Assembly: GCA_965285935.1 (NCBI GenBank)
Contig: OZ260665.1
Span: forward strand, 16,616,001 to 16,680,000
DNA length: 64,000 bases
From: Ophelia neglecta
Taxonomy: Eukaryota
Reading direction: 5' to 3'
In this document: piece after piece, positions 26,226 to 39,584 of the stretch
Layout of the letters: every line of letters begins with the position of its first letter
Position numbering within the stretch: position 1 is the first letter of the stretch
Notes under the pieces: model-generated
Databases searched by the model: none
The model's input: only the letters and a program-made list of their open reading frames with translations
What the model was told of the DNA's origin: nothing
Position numbers and translations under genes: made by a program

Positions 26226-29200
26226 CAGGGGACCTTATTTTCGTATTCACCCATTTGTGGTGTCGGTAACAAAACGAGATTGAACACTGCGGACAAAAGT
26301 AAGCCCCAATATTAAATCCTAAATAAAATTCCAAAGGCAATTCCGATTTGACGTTTAAATTGTGATTCCGCTATAACAGTCGTCTAAATAGATTGAAATA
26401 ACTGCGTTTTCATTGGACAAAAGCTGGGTTAGTTATTTTTTTTAATTTCATTGGTTTGAACCAAACGCGACAACGGTCGTCTGCAACATCATGTCACGTG
26501 ATCAAGCCTTGCTTATGATATGCTATTTATTTTGAAGTAGAATATTCGAGTGTATTGGTGCGAACCAGGTTATTTCGTAGCTGTAGGTGTATTATGTATT
26601 AATTAAAGTGTGGAATCTTAACACTATTATGAAATTAATCATGTTCACGGAAAAGGTAATGGGAGACGCTTTAAGTGGAAGCAATACGGCGAAATGGCTT
26701 CATGTCCTTGTAAAGATCTGAACCAAATAAATATGTGTGTTAATATAATCAGAGTTCACTGCGTCTGTTCTCATTCATTCTAGATTAGCCGGTTTTTGCA
26801 ATTACACATGCATTACCCTGAACGTGATATGGATGATGTCGGGGATGTTAGCCTGCCAGGCAGTCTGTGACTGGCGTAGTGATCTGTGATAAGGCATAGT
26901 AGTCCCGGCTTACGCGCCTAATCACACCCATCACACCCCGGCAGTAATCACTACTTCACAAATCGGCAACTTGAGCGATAATTGCCCCACGGAGGTATCT
27001 GGCCGAGTTTGCGGTTACCCGCGCAATTTCCGCTCTTCTCGCGAAGAACAGCGAGAAAAGATGTGGTTACCCACAATCCTGCGGGTAACCAGACTTACTG
27101 AGCCGGATATTGAGCAGTTTCAGCACCCCTTGAAGGTTGATCACCCAAAAAATAGCCGTACAATTTGCTAGAATTCATGCACAGTGATAGAATGCATGCT
27201 ATGGGATGACTAATGCAAAAACGCACTGACAATAGCAATTAATTTTGGAAGCTCGTCTAGGGAGGAACTCAAATGACGTCATTGCGCATGACCCGTCTGA
27301 CCTCCCCGTAAATTTCAAGGACAATCGTAGCGGCAAATAGTGGCGGGGTTGGCATGGGGTGAGGGCTTGTACGCCTGGGGATGTCTGGGTGCGGTGCCTG
27401 GGTCCAGGGACCCCTGGGAAGCGGTCAGACTGTTGACTGTGGAAAGGGGCGGCGGGGGAGGGGAGGGGGGGGGGGGCAGTCTACAAGCCTACCAAGAGCA
27501 TAACATCGAACCTAAGCACAAACAGACGGAAGGGTTGGAACAATATCAGGGGCCAAGACGGCATTGAGCCCCACCTCAGGAGAGGAGAATACGGAATTCA
27601 GACCAGAGAACAACCGGAGGGTGCCCCCCAGAAAATATGCATTCTTACTATAACACAGCCTGGAAGATATAAAAAAGATGTCAAATCTTCTATTGAGCTT
27701 AGACCAGCTCCATTGAAAAACTAATTAAAGTCTATGACATGGCACTTACAAGCTATAGGCCTAGGCTTTTAAATTGTTAATTTATATCAATGTTATATTA
27801 TTTTCGATTTTTTCTTTGGCTAACATGCAAACATTCATGCTTTGGTGGGTATAGCACCAGTCGAACCCAAGTACCGCGGGAGCCAAAAGCCAAAACTGAA
27901 GTTGTCTCGGTATGTTTTCTGTTCGCTCTTCGCGTCTATCGATTATATTGCCCATGCAGGGCGTTGGCGCTTTAATTGTTCGTAGATCCGGGTTTAACCG
28001 GAGTACCCCTTAGTAAACCTCCGCCGGCCTGCCGTCTTTGTTATCTGACGGGGTTTGGACGCGGGGGTAAACACCAATCCTTCCCGTCCTGCCCCGCGTG
28101 CCACCCTTACACCCCAATCAGACAAGGTGTTTGTGGAGCGCCGATTGGTGTTTGACTAGTAAACACAGGGTGACATTAATACACGGCCCTATCGTACAGA
28201 GGAGGCTGTTTCGTAAATCCGGGCGGCTGCAGATCATTGATGGCTCTGAAGTTGCCTGACTGAAACGAGCCCGGAGGACAGCTATAGGATTGGTGCAAAG
28301 CTTGACGAAATTCTGCCTAAATCATCAAAATCTACGAATTTTGGTTGCTTTGAAACGAATAATCATTTCTTTACATATAAATACAGCAGTATGGGACAGG
28401 CTGTCGACGATAAAAACTAAACTTTAAAGATACCCAGAGGCGTCAAGATTCAACCTACAACAGAAGCAGTAACAAATAAAACATTAACGAAAAAACGACA
28501 AAAAACACACACACGAGGCCAAATAAAAATTAAGCTAGGATTAATGTTTTTTATTTTCTTGTCCGGGTGGGAGCTTTCCTCAGCTTTCTCACTGATATAG
28601 CGTGCAGAAATAAGTCACGACTGGGGTGTGTCACAGTACAGCCACTTACACCAGAACCACTGACATCCAGATAAAATGTTAAGTCGATGGTAAGCCGATG
28701 GTAAGTCAGTGATACTAAGAGCCGGCCGCGGCCCCATTCACCTCGAGAATAGATAGAAAATAGACGGCATTATTAGAGTCAATTTGTAAGTCGAGAAAGG
28801 AAGAAGCCGACAGCTCGAACAATGAACAACAAGAGAGGAAAATGCCATTTTAGCTGACAAGATAGACCTGTCACACAATCTTTGCTATTTTGCTCCTCAC
28901 TGAAGACGAGATGGCAACTAGATCCGGCCTTTGTTTTGTGAAATTAGCCGTGTATCCTTGCGCAGGCTGTCAAGAAACGACGGCGGTGATATGACAGGAA
29001 GCCGGACCATCAGCGGTCGCGGGGGTTGACGGGAATGACGCAGGGGCTGATGGGAAGGTAATAGAGAGATCAGGTGTCTCAGAACTAGGAGCAGGAAAGG
29101 CAGAATCCGTAGTCGGTAGGACGAAGGGAAGCCCGAAAAGGGCGGGAGATTACTTGTCTAAAAGTCGTCTGCCAACCTGTCATCCGTCTGGTCGCCATGA

Positions 29201-32200
29201 CGAGTCGCCCCTGGCAACCGGCCGCGGCCTCCGACAGCGAGGCTTGACGGGAAATGAGTCGAACAAAAAGGCGACATGGCACGAACCGCGGCGGAAATAA
29301 TACGGCAGAAAGAGAACTTTAGAAATTAATAACCAAGAACATGGATGATCTGTAAATTACTGAAAAATATATACATGTACCGCAGTGCTAGTAAGTAAAG
29401 AAAAAATCAGCTGGCTGTATTACTAGGGGAAGGGTTCGGTTTGACTTGGAGGGTGTAGGATTGGGGCACCAATCCCATCCCTTCGTTTCAAGCGCCCCGT
29501 GTCGGGAGAAGGGGTCCAGATCCACGGGCCTTTACCCCACCCGTCGGTCCCAAGCAGGCCTTAGCCTATTTTATCATTTAAAGTATACCCCTAAATGTTA
29601 GGAAGGTCGACTTACAGGAAAACAGGACTGTCGGTTAGCCAGCGAGAACAGTCCTAATCGTCAGAATGTATAGTGAATAAAGTCTAGATCTAATACGAAA
29701 AAACACGACACCGATCGCTTCGTTTTAAACCAATCTGTAAAACATTAAGTCGTCTACTGACAGCACAATATTCTACTCGATGGTCTGAAAAATTGTGGCA
29801 AAACTATAACAAACAGTCCTAAAATTTCTCATAAAGCCTAGATCTGTACCATATACCCGTATTATTGTAACTATATTAATTACGTATTGTGAATTAACAC
29901 ACATTTAGTAAGTGGCACAATCTTAAAGGACAACAACTGCTTGCGGGGGATGTCTCGTTCACGGAAGTCCCTACTGTGAAGAGGCCTTCATCATTCGATG
30001 CTACACCAGTCATGTCATGAATATTTAAGTTGTCAACAACTATAGTTTTCGCTGTGTTCGACTGAGTGTTGGTGGAAATTTCCTGCGCCAGAGTGGGAGA
30101 AGAGATATAAGGATTTTTTCATGCTAGAAATTGCTACAGAGAGTGTGGGATGGATATCCCCTCTTTGGGCGCTACACTCTTGGAAGTTTTCCTGTGGCAA
30201 CACCAATCACACGCTCTCAATTTGACTTGAAGTTCAAATTCCCAATCCCTAATAGCTCGGTAGGGGCCCCCAAAGATCTGTTCTGTTGTAGGCTAATATA
30301 TGTGTTCTGATGCCATTTTGAGCTAGCTGGCAAAATAACCTTATAAGAATAGATTAGCCTATAAACCTGTTGGCTGCTTGTCCTCAGAGAATCTCCTAGA
30401 TACCACGAGATCGACCTGTATGTCGAGGACTTCCTTTAACCGACCCAATATAAATAAATATATAAATAATGTGGTGCTCGGGAGCAACGAATATACTGGC
30501 GGCTGCCCTTAGAACTGCCAGCTGGCTGGCAAATAAGAAGAGATATTAATGGTTTTATAACAGCCATATTCGGTTAAAAAATAACAAATAAATAGATATT
30601 TTACTTTTCCTATTCATCTGGGCCATATTTGAAAGTTAAGTCGTTGGGGACCCTAATAGCTGTGCGCTGCTGAGAAGCCCGGATGTTCGCAGACCTTGAT
30701 CCTCACACAGACTTGAAGCTCGAGTCACTTGTCGATTGTGAGTGATGTTAACCCGTGTTAGAGTTGTGACTATTTGCCCCTTATGATCAAGCTTTCTCGT
30801 TGATTCTGCTCATTTCGGGGCTGGCTCACGACACCGCTATCTCTATCGATATATAAACTTCGTCTTCGCCCTTCTAGTCGCCCGAGACTTGGTAAAAATG
30901 GCGGAGAACCAACAAATAGATCGAGTTGAGACCAAATGTCGCCCGGGGCGAGTTTTCTCCCTGACACGGCGTCCGACGTGTACGATTTATTAAGTCACCA
31001 AATTACACGTCTTGCATGGAACTCTTGACTTGGTCTGGCGGGTTGTCTTTGTCGGAATCTACCAGGGACCAGGGTTCTGACCCGGGCCTGATCTGACAAA
31101 AGTCGCGTGGCTAAGACTCTCGCATTATATATGCAATAATGTCAACAGCTATCATCTAACTCGCCAGATAATAAAATACGGCGGCAACTTGACCAAGAAT
31201 CCGCGAGTTTTGACACATCATCACATATTTTGTGTGTTTTTGTAAGGAAGGTGTCACCTTTAGCTCGTCACGGCCGGGGGTGAGGCCCGTGTGATCTCGT
31301 ACCCCTGAGGGCGACATCTCTCCCACGTAAATAAAACATACATATACAGGTCGCCGCCTAAATTATACATCTAACACATATACATATAGGGCATTAAAAC
31401 ACGGCGGCAGACGACAGGGGCAAAGGGCGCGGGAAAACAAGCAGACGACACTAAAAGGTAAACTTACTTGGAAGCTGGCAGCACGGACCGTGGCACGCGT
31501 CGTGATATCTTGGAGAGGACTGAGAATCTAAGAAAAAGGCGGGAATTCGGTTTAAGACATTATAAGATTTGAAGGAGAATCGGTTTTTTTGATATCGGTT
31601 GAGTGGCATTGCCTTGACAATGCTAGTTATGTCTAGGCAGATGGCCTGGCGGGTAACTATTGACGGGCCGCGGGACGTTCAGTAAGTGAAGAGGCTGGGG
31701 TTGTCAGGGATTGTGTTGGCTGTCAGAGGTGAGGGACGAGTCTCCGGCCCGCCGAGATGGATGGCTGTCGGGGACGTGACGGGACGGAAGGCCACGGACC
31801 GCGAGACCCGGCATGTCCGACCCAGCTCGCCGCCACTCACACTCGGACACGGGCCATTGGCCTTCCTCTAAGACAGTCACGGGCGGCCGCACACGCTGTA
31901 TACGGCTCGGGGCCGAGTCCGGCACCCGGCCGTGGGAATCTCCGAGTTCAGTCGGAGTCATTCAGAGGGCGTCCGTGAGGGGTTAGCCAGGTCTCAGGCC
32001 TGCTAAACCCCTGCCCCCACTCCTGACCCCTCCAAACCCCTCAACCCCCATACACACAGCCACAAACTCTCTTTGTCCTGTGCTGAATTCTCTTCCGCCA
32101 CCTCTAACCCCGCTTTCTTAACCTGAAAGGCAGTTCCCGCTTCGGGCTCAAAACGCCTTTCACTTCGGCGGCTCCCTAAGTACTAATTCTCCAGGCAGAT

Positions 32201-35200
32201 GTATAAGAGTCTTTCTTCACAATCACTTATTATCAACACAAACCCAAGTTCGAAAATCCCAAATCGCGGTCGAGGACTACAAATAATGTGTTTGAATTCG
32301 TTCGTTTCTAATTTCGCCACAACGGCCATCGCATGTCAACAAATAATTGTGACCCTCTTTCAACAAGAAACACGATGCAACTCTATTTATGATTTATATA
32401 GCCGCTGTTAAGTCAAATCAGAACAACCCTCCCTTTCTCTTATAATAAATAATAAATCTGTGAATGAATATCGTTTGATTTACAATCCTATAGACAAATT
32501 CAAGCAGTCATATCTTTAGGCCTATATTATATTAGGCAAAATTTATATTTTTCTCTTCTATAAACAAAAAACGTAGGATGGTTGATTTTGCTCAGCATCT
32601 AGAAAATGTTTTACATTATCTATGACATTTATATATTTTTTTCACGTGAAAAAACCGAGAATGTTTAAAGGAAACTGATGAACATATTTGAAGAAAAGAA
32701 AACATGAAATTATAACCTGTCCGTGTGTTTCTTTCTAAAGCCGATTCTATAACATATTATTTTCTAAGCTTTATTTTGTTCGTATTAAATTTAATTATCA
32801 TGTCACTGGTCTAGTGGATCATGTCCGTCGCGCTCTATTTCTTATCAGCGGTGGGAGAATATTATAAATATGGACGTAATACGGCTCTCACGCGACTGAC
32901 GACCGAAGTGAGCGGACACAATCCCGCCACGATCGTGCAGGATAAATAATTAAGTTGTGGATCGCCTACCCAAATGTCACCGACATAATTATGTCGAATA
33001 TTACCAAAAGCGTGTTTGGGATCTGAAACCAAGGGAGGCGAATTTGACCCACCGGAAACAAGTCAATGCCGGTACATATTACTGTGGCCTATTTTTGTTA
33101 AAACATACACATTTCAGTGTATAAAGTTGTGTTTAAGACGGGTTGATAATGATAATAAAAAACTCCTATATTGTTTAAACTGATGGGCACGGTTTAAACG
33201 AATAATATTAATATTAAAGTCTGAAAGCGATTTTGAAAGTCGTCTGATGATTGTGTTGAATGCTTGTAAACGTTTTTTTATGAATAATTAAAGTTAATTT
33301 GAAACAATTTTATCTTTGGAGTACTGTGGTTTGGTGGTTTAAAAGTGACAAGCGAGGCTTTCTGTCCGTGTCAAGTTTACTGGAGCTGATCGCATGACCA
33401 ATTTGGTTAATCGCGCTCCCAAACCACAGGGTATTGCATGCACGCCGTATTAATAGTCTGATATTAGCCACAACTATTTCAAAAACTATCATGTTAAGAA
33501 ATGTGGTTGTGGAGCCGAGGTTTGGTGGCTTGACACTGCGGTGGCTCGCTGGCCGTGTCTCGACCGAGGCTCTGGGCTTAGGCTAGCCGGCGTGACAGGT
33601 CGGCAGTCGACTTAGCCGAGAGACCGGCGGGTGAGGCTTGGGGGTGGGGTCGGGCAGAGACCAGAAGGCCTCGAGCATGGATGGGGCATTCTACAAATCT
33701 CCCATGAAAACCGGTACTTCCATTTTGTGTCCCAAAGGGGTTTTTCTACACTCTTTATTGGTTTCATTACAAAGTTAGGTTCTTTCCACAATGTATATCA
33801 CCTCATTCGTATAAAAAAAGTCTTTTTGTGTGTTTTTTTTTTAGTAATTATCATATTTCAGGCGTCCGTATTTACTTATAGACAAAATGCTGGCTGTCAC
33901 ATGTGGGCTGAGGCTTGCAGATTTGCCCTTATTTAAGGTTTTATTCTATATAAGCTTATTGCCAGACTGAGGTGGCATAGGGAGATGGGAAGTCGGGTTC
34001 AGAGACAGGAAGTCCTGGCAGGTTTGGGTTAAGGGCAGAGTGCATGCCGGGTAAATTCCTAGCGTTCTAGATGTCACGTGATGTCATGGGGCGAGCTGTT
34101 CCTCATCAGAGCCGTAATCAAATTATTGGATTATTGGAAGGCTAGATGACTGGGCCGAGCGGGCTGACCCTGTGGCTGACCGCGGGCTGGTCAGTCCTGC
34201 GAAGGGGACTGTCAAGGGAGACTGATCACGTCCCGGACCCGATGTGACAGCATTTCACCCGGGCCACGGCTCTACCACCACCGGCCTCGTGGCATTCATC
34301 TGTCTTAAACTGACCACTCGGCTCAGAACCACCATCCATTCGGGAGATAGATGACATCAATCAGGACTCGGACGCCTAATGAGATGTTTAATTATACCAT
34401 GGATACCCTGAGTGTTCAGTCTAATCAAACTAATTAGCCTTAAGTAGGCCCGTAGCTTAACTCACACAGATGAACATCGATCAATCTGTGAATCCAGTTT
34501 GTGTCGGGGAGCATTCAGTATTCATCGCCGTGGGCCATTGGTTTAGAACCGTAATAGTTTTCCAAATAAAATACTTGTCGTTGTCATGTACAAGGATGAA
34601 GGCCTATACAGGCCTATTTATAAGTGACGTATTATATTGGGGAAGGAAAGGAGGATTTTTTTCCATGACTTTTCCGTCAAACGTAATGCCATGAACATAC
34701 CACCATTGCCATTTTTATTCCAGATCAGCACTCTATGTTTTCAAATTTCAATTTTCCAATTCAATTCAATTTCAGTTTATTGACACTGGAATATTACATA
34801 TTTTCATTTACATTTCATTTAAATGTGTAAGGCCTATACCATACAATACAAATTTATCCAATGACGAAGGGAACTGGGCACAAATTGTGCATATGTTCCA
34901 TCACCAGAAACGCCGATGAACTACATTTATAGAAGTGCATGTTGAGGGAGTAAACCTTCCACACTGTGGTAAAACAACCTGAGGTAGAATGTCATGGAAA
35001 GTTTCATGTAATGTCATCGACGGCAAAATTAAGGTCTCCTACCAGATGGCAGATCAGGCGAAAATCTGAGAGGAAAAAAACAGTAAAACGGAAGATCGAA
35101 TACAAGAATAGTCTAGATGAGAATGACGGAAGGGCACTGGGTATGTGTTAGCGGCCTGCTGGCTTGATGGCAGATGAAATGTCAAAGATTCTGACACCCA

Positions 35201-35256
35201 GGGGGGCTATAAAAAGGGCCTACGGCCCACGCGAATGTGTCCCTTCTGACGGAAAC

Positions 35257-35744
35257 CATGGCCATAGGGCGGAGTTCATCGCCATAGTGCGGAGTTCATA
35301 GCAATAGTGCGGACTTGATTGCCACAGAGCGGAGTTCATATAGCCATAGTGCGGAGTTCATATAGCCATAGTGCGGAGTTCACAGCCACAGAGCGGAGTT
35401 CATCGCCATAGTGCGGAGATCATAGCCATAGTGCGGATATCATAGCCATAATGCGGAGTTCATAGCAATAGTGCGGACTTGATTGCCACAGAGCGGAGTT
35501 CATATAGCCATAGTATGGAGTTCATAGCCATAGTGCGGATTTCATAGCATTGGTACGCAGTTCATGGCCATAGTGCGGAGTTTATAGCCATAGTGCGAAG
35601 CTTATAGCCATAGTGCGGACTTCATAGCCATAGTGCGGAGTTCATAGCAGTAGTGCGGACTTCATAGCCACAAAGCGGAGTTCATAGCCATAATGCGGAG
35701 TTCACAGCCATAGTGCGGAGTTCACAGCCACAGAGCGGAGTTCA
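35257..35744. repeat. 20-bp minisatellite, ~24 copies
   Basis: Unit gccatagtgcggagttcata; a variant block (gcaatagtgcggacttgattgccacagagc) recurs at 35301 and 35465. Confidence 0.95.
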
Positions 35745-35857
35745 CTCCTGACTGAACCATACCTGTATCTGTACTATACCTCAAGGCTGACCCACTGGGT
35801 GTGTTTACGGACAAAATAAGTACACCTAAGATGAAATCTATTAAAATCACGTATAGT

Positions 35858-35915
35858 CTAATTCAGCGCAGTAAGAATAAGGCTACTATGTGCGCGGAAT
35901 TAAACGGTGCGCGAA
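35858..35915. repeat. Fragment of the ttattccgcgca repeat family
   Basis: gcgcagtaag, gaataaggctact and tgtgcgcggaat blocks shared with 17691-17753. Confidence 0.6.
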
Positions 35916-36766
35916 GTTGCCCTACATCACGATTTATCCGCTGTTTATTTTACAAAGAGGGTTTTTGTGTCCAATAACTGTCATTGTGACGTGTACAGAC
36001 AAAGACAATTTTCTTGTTAGTCTTTAGGTGAGATGTACAATGTATTCAATGAATGTCTCCAAACAGAACGGTTCTTAACCCCGAGCTTACCTTCCGAGGG
36101 AGCGTCTATGGACCAGATAAATGAGCGCTGACACGGTACAAGTAACTGATAAATAGACATTCAATGCTACCATCAATGCATTGCTTCCAGCTGAATGGAC
36201 CATATAAATATATAGTAATTTGAGGTCTAATATAAAAAGCCTTGCTATTGGCCCGTGCATGGCACGATGGCGGACCACAGGACTGTAGTGGCTGGCCTAC
36301 AGAACTCTACTTTTGTATATCTCTTCACCTTTTTTTCTTGTCCATTTATACATCACAATACAAGGTCACTTGGAACCTCGCGTTTGTTTACAAACTGAAA
36401 TATTTATTTATTTATCTATATGCACTAAGCCAAAAATCCTGTTAGATTAAGAGGCTATTAAACTTACCAAACTCAATGTAGTTTGTCTGCCTGTTTTTTA
36501 CTAGTCTCGGCGCAAACTGCGTGGCTTCGGAATAACTACAGCGATGTAGACAACACACTTATATACATGCATGGCAACGAACATAAAATGGCTTGAAAAG
36601 AATTATTTTCTCCCTTAATATAATGAAATAAAATAATTTATTAGCAATAATATGAAATTAAGCCTATCCCTGGGCAGCTTTAAGGTAAAGTGACTTGGAT
36701 TAGCTTGTAGCTCTACTAAAGCGCTAATTCTTGCTAACTATAGCCCTTTTTTCTAATTAATACATA

Positions 36767-36944
36767 CAGTGAAACTCGTGTTTGTGGCCACCTGTGTAAT
36801 AAGGTCACCTGCCCACTAAGGTCACTGAATGTTAGCCACATCCCCATGTATGCCTGTGTTAACTGACCTGCCTATTATTGTCACCTACTCAATGTGGTTC
36901 GTTCTTTCCAGACCCTCGGCTGACCTGATTAGACAGGTTTACTG
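36767..36944. mobile_element. MITE family 2
   Basis: TA|cagtgaaactcg ... caggtttactg|TA; repeated ggtcac motifs. Confidence 0.88.
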
Positions 36945-36978
36945 TATTTGTTTCTAGTAAATACAAGTTGTGATTAAA

Positions 36979-37149
36979 CAGTGAAACCTGTGAATTAAGA
37001 CCACCCAAGGGACTGGAAAAACTAGTCTGATTATGGAGGTGATCTGTTCAGACAGGTTGTTTTTACATTGCAAGTATGGTCTTCAAATAAGAGGTCTGAA
37101 TTGCCAGGTGGTCTGAATGTAGAGGTGGTCTTTAAAGCAGTTTTTAATG
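36979..37149. mobile_element. MITE family 1, degenerate right end
   Basis: cagtgaaacctgtgaattaagaccacccaagggactgg start; colinear with the 17326 and 49886 copies. Confidence 0.88.
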
Positions 37150-37240
37150 TATCTCCATAAAGATTAAAACTACTGTTTGACAGACAGAGGAAGGCAAGTC
37201 TATAGGTACAACATGGCATCGAAGACAGAGGCCCTGAAGG

Positions 37241-37464
37241 GTTGTTGTTTGGGGTTTTACGTGGCTTTCAACACTTATCGGTCATATCGCCACTGTGCCT
37301 ACTTGTGACAGTGGGCTCAGCGCCCTCTTTATAGTGCTGCCTCACTGGAGTACCTGCCGTAGACACCAGACAGGGAACCCCACCCAGTCCCATTATACTG
37401 ACACCGGGTTGACCAGTCCTGATACTACCCCCTGAAATACCAGGCGCCTGGCAGAGGAGCTATC
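37241..37464 (-). mobile_element. 5'-truncated SINE resembling molluscan Meta-domain SINEs
   Basis: Minus strand reads gactggtc...gtcagtataatgggactgggtggg...cagtgaggcagcactataaag...gatatgaccgataagtgttgaaagccacgtaaaacccc plus an (aac)n tail. Recognised from memory of this SINE class, not by search; no tRNA head visible. Confidence 0.7.
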
Positions 37465-37567
37465 AGAATGCTGAACATTCTTGGCAGGTTTTCGGGGCTA
37501 AATCTACGTCAAATTACCAGACAGTGTACCTTTAATTAGCGGAATCTGGATTTTTCAAGCTGACACC

Positions 37568-37578
37568 CAAGATGGCGG
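37568..37578 (+). promoter_or_regulatory. YY1/Pho consensus site
   Basis: caagatggcgg; motif match only. Confidence 0.25.
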
Positions 37579-38089
37579 GATATTATATAGACCCAATAGT
37601 GGGCTATACCGACGGCTTACCGCGCTCAAATTGTGCTAATGTCGTCTGACTTAAAGTTTCGAACAATACGTCAGTGTGCCATCGTGATGCATGCCTCTGC
37701 CAGAGGATGTCAAAGGTTCTGATCACCATGACAACGTGGTATATCACTGTCAGGGGATGTATACCCTGAGGGTAGGTACCTGACCCGGCGTCACATCCCC
37801 ACCCTAGAGACCCCACTCAGCCGCAAGCCGCGGCTACAAGTTGGTCAGCGCCGGCAATTAGAAATGTTGTATACGTTAATCTTGTCACGTGGTTGCGGGC
37901 TGATATATAACCACCTTGTAACTAGGGGCAACAAGACGACCAGATAAGGGTTAAAAGCCAACCAGGTTTAGGGCCTCTTCCGGTGTGGCCAGGAGGGTTA
38001 AGTTCGCTCATGCGCACTGCGGTTAAATTCTGGTCTTTCTCACTGCTACCCAGGGTAATCATATTGAGTAAAATAAAAAAAGTAACATA

Positions 38090-38267
38090 CAGTGAAACCT
38101 GCCTTAAAGACCACCTCTATAATCAGACCACCTGTCAATTCAGACCACTAAAAGAAGGACCATGCTTAATACTTTCAATGTTAAATAACCTGTCTAAACA
38201 GATCACCTCCAAAATCAGACCAGTATTCTTCAGTCCCTTTGGTGGTCTTAATTTACAGGTTTCACTG
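38090..38267. mobile_element. MITE family 1
   Basis: TA|cagtgaaacctg ... caggtttcactg|TA; 178 bp. Confidence 0.94.
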
Positions 38268-38330
38268 TATATATAAAACCTTCGCCAATAACAAGGAGGA
38301 TGTTAGAAAGCTACAAAAACGGTGTCAGTG

Positions 38331-38507
38331 CAATGAACCCCGTGAATTGAGACCACCCAAGGGACTCGTCACTACTGGTCTGACCGTGGAGGTGGTCCGT
38401 TTAGGCAGTCCTTGTCCATTGAAAATATCACGCATGGTCTTCATATTAGTGGTCTGAATTGACAAGTTTTCTAAATGAAGAGGTTGTCATAAAGGCAGGT
38501 TTCCCTG
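38331..38507. mobile_element. MITE family 1, diverged, inverted relative to its neighbour
   Basis: caatgaaccccgtgaattgagaccacccaaggg ... caggtttccctg|TA. Confidence 0.85.
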
Positions 38508-39406
38508 TATATGGCTGGCTTGTGTATTGTCGAAATTGTGTTTTGGGAAATATTAACGATTTAAAGGAGTTTCATTAAAGGGTAAAGGTCTAAGTAGTCT
38601 ATTTTTTTCTTATTTTTTTTTAACTTGTGGCCATTTTTTATGGACGTGTGAAGATTGTAATGGAGAGATCTCATGTCGGGCTCGGCACCTGAGCCTGACA
38701 GATATTGTAATTTACAGGCAGCGCGCCCCGGAATAATACGGGAGCGGGGTGTAGGGTCGTAGACCGGTCGGGAGTAGGTCGGATCGGGATCGGGCGGGGT
38801 CGGCCAGGGGTTGTTTGTAGGTATTTGCGTGCCCCAAGAGGATGTAGAGGCTGTCAGGACCAATCAGGGCGATTCTCTGTCTTTGTCGACCCCGAAACTC
38901 GGACGGGGCCGTCGGGCCGTGAACGGATCGAAAGGTAGGCTAGCTCGGCAAGAAGGTATGGGACGAGGGGAGATAGAGGGGGTAGGGGTGGGAGTGGGGG
39001 AGGGGTGGTTATAGCGGGTGGGGTGGGTAAAACACATGCAGAACTGGAATTTAGCAGGGAACTGATAAGACGGGGACTCTTTCATAGCATTAAAACGGAG
39101 AGGAAAAAAAACCAAAAGAATCGCGGGGAAGACTTTCTTAAGAACCGTGCAGGCAGGCATAGATTTTGTCCATAGGCCCAGCTTATCATCTATAAAGTAG
39201 GAGAGATTGATGATTTCTGAATTCTTGTCAATTAAATACATTTAAAATTTTAAAGTCATTTTCACACAACTTTTATTAAAAAGATCTGATAAACCAAACT
39301 GGAAGGGAATCGATTTAAACTCAACCCGTATTAAAAGGCACGAATCCGGCTGGGAGAATCGTTGGTATATATATATATCGATCAAGGATAGTATACATGA
39401 CCTATA

Positions 39407-39584
39407 CAGTGAAACCTGCCTTAAAGAACACCTCTATAATCAGACCACCTGTCAATTCAGACCACTCATATGAGGACCATGATGCATACTTTCGAAGTTA
39501 AATAACCTGTCTAAACAGACCCCCTCCAAAATCAGACCAGCATTTTCCAGTCCCTTGGGTGGTCTTAATTCACAGGTTTCACTG
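39407..39584. mobile_element. MITE family 1
   Basis: TA|cagtgaaacctg ... caggtttcactg|TA; 178 bp. Confidence 0.94.

Noticed and set aside
27248-27258. gaagctcgtct, similar to the 5' end of miR-993; other partial miRNA-like words elsewhere
   Set aside because: The match stops at about 11 nt and there is no precursor hairpin.
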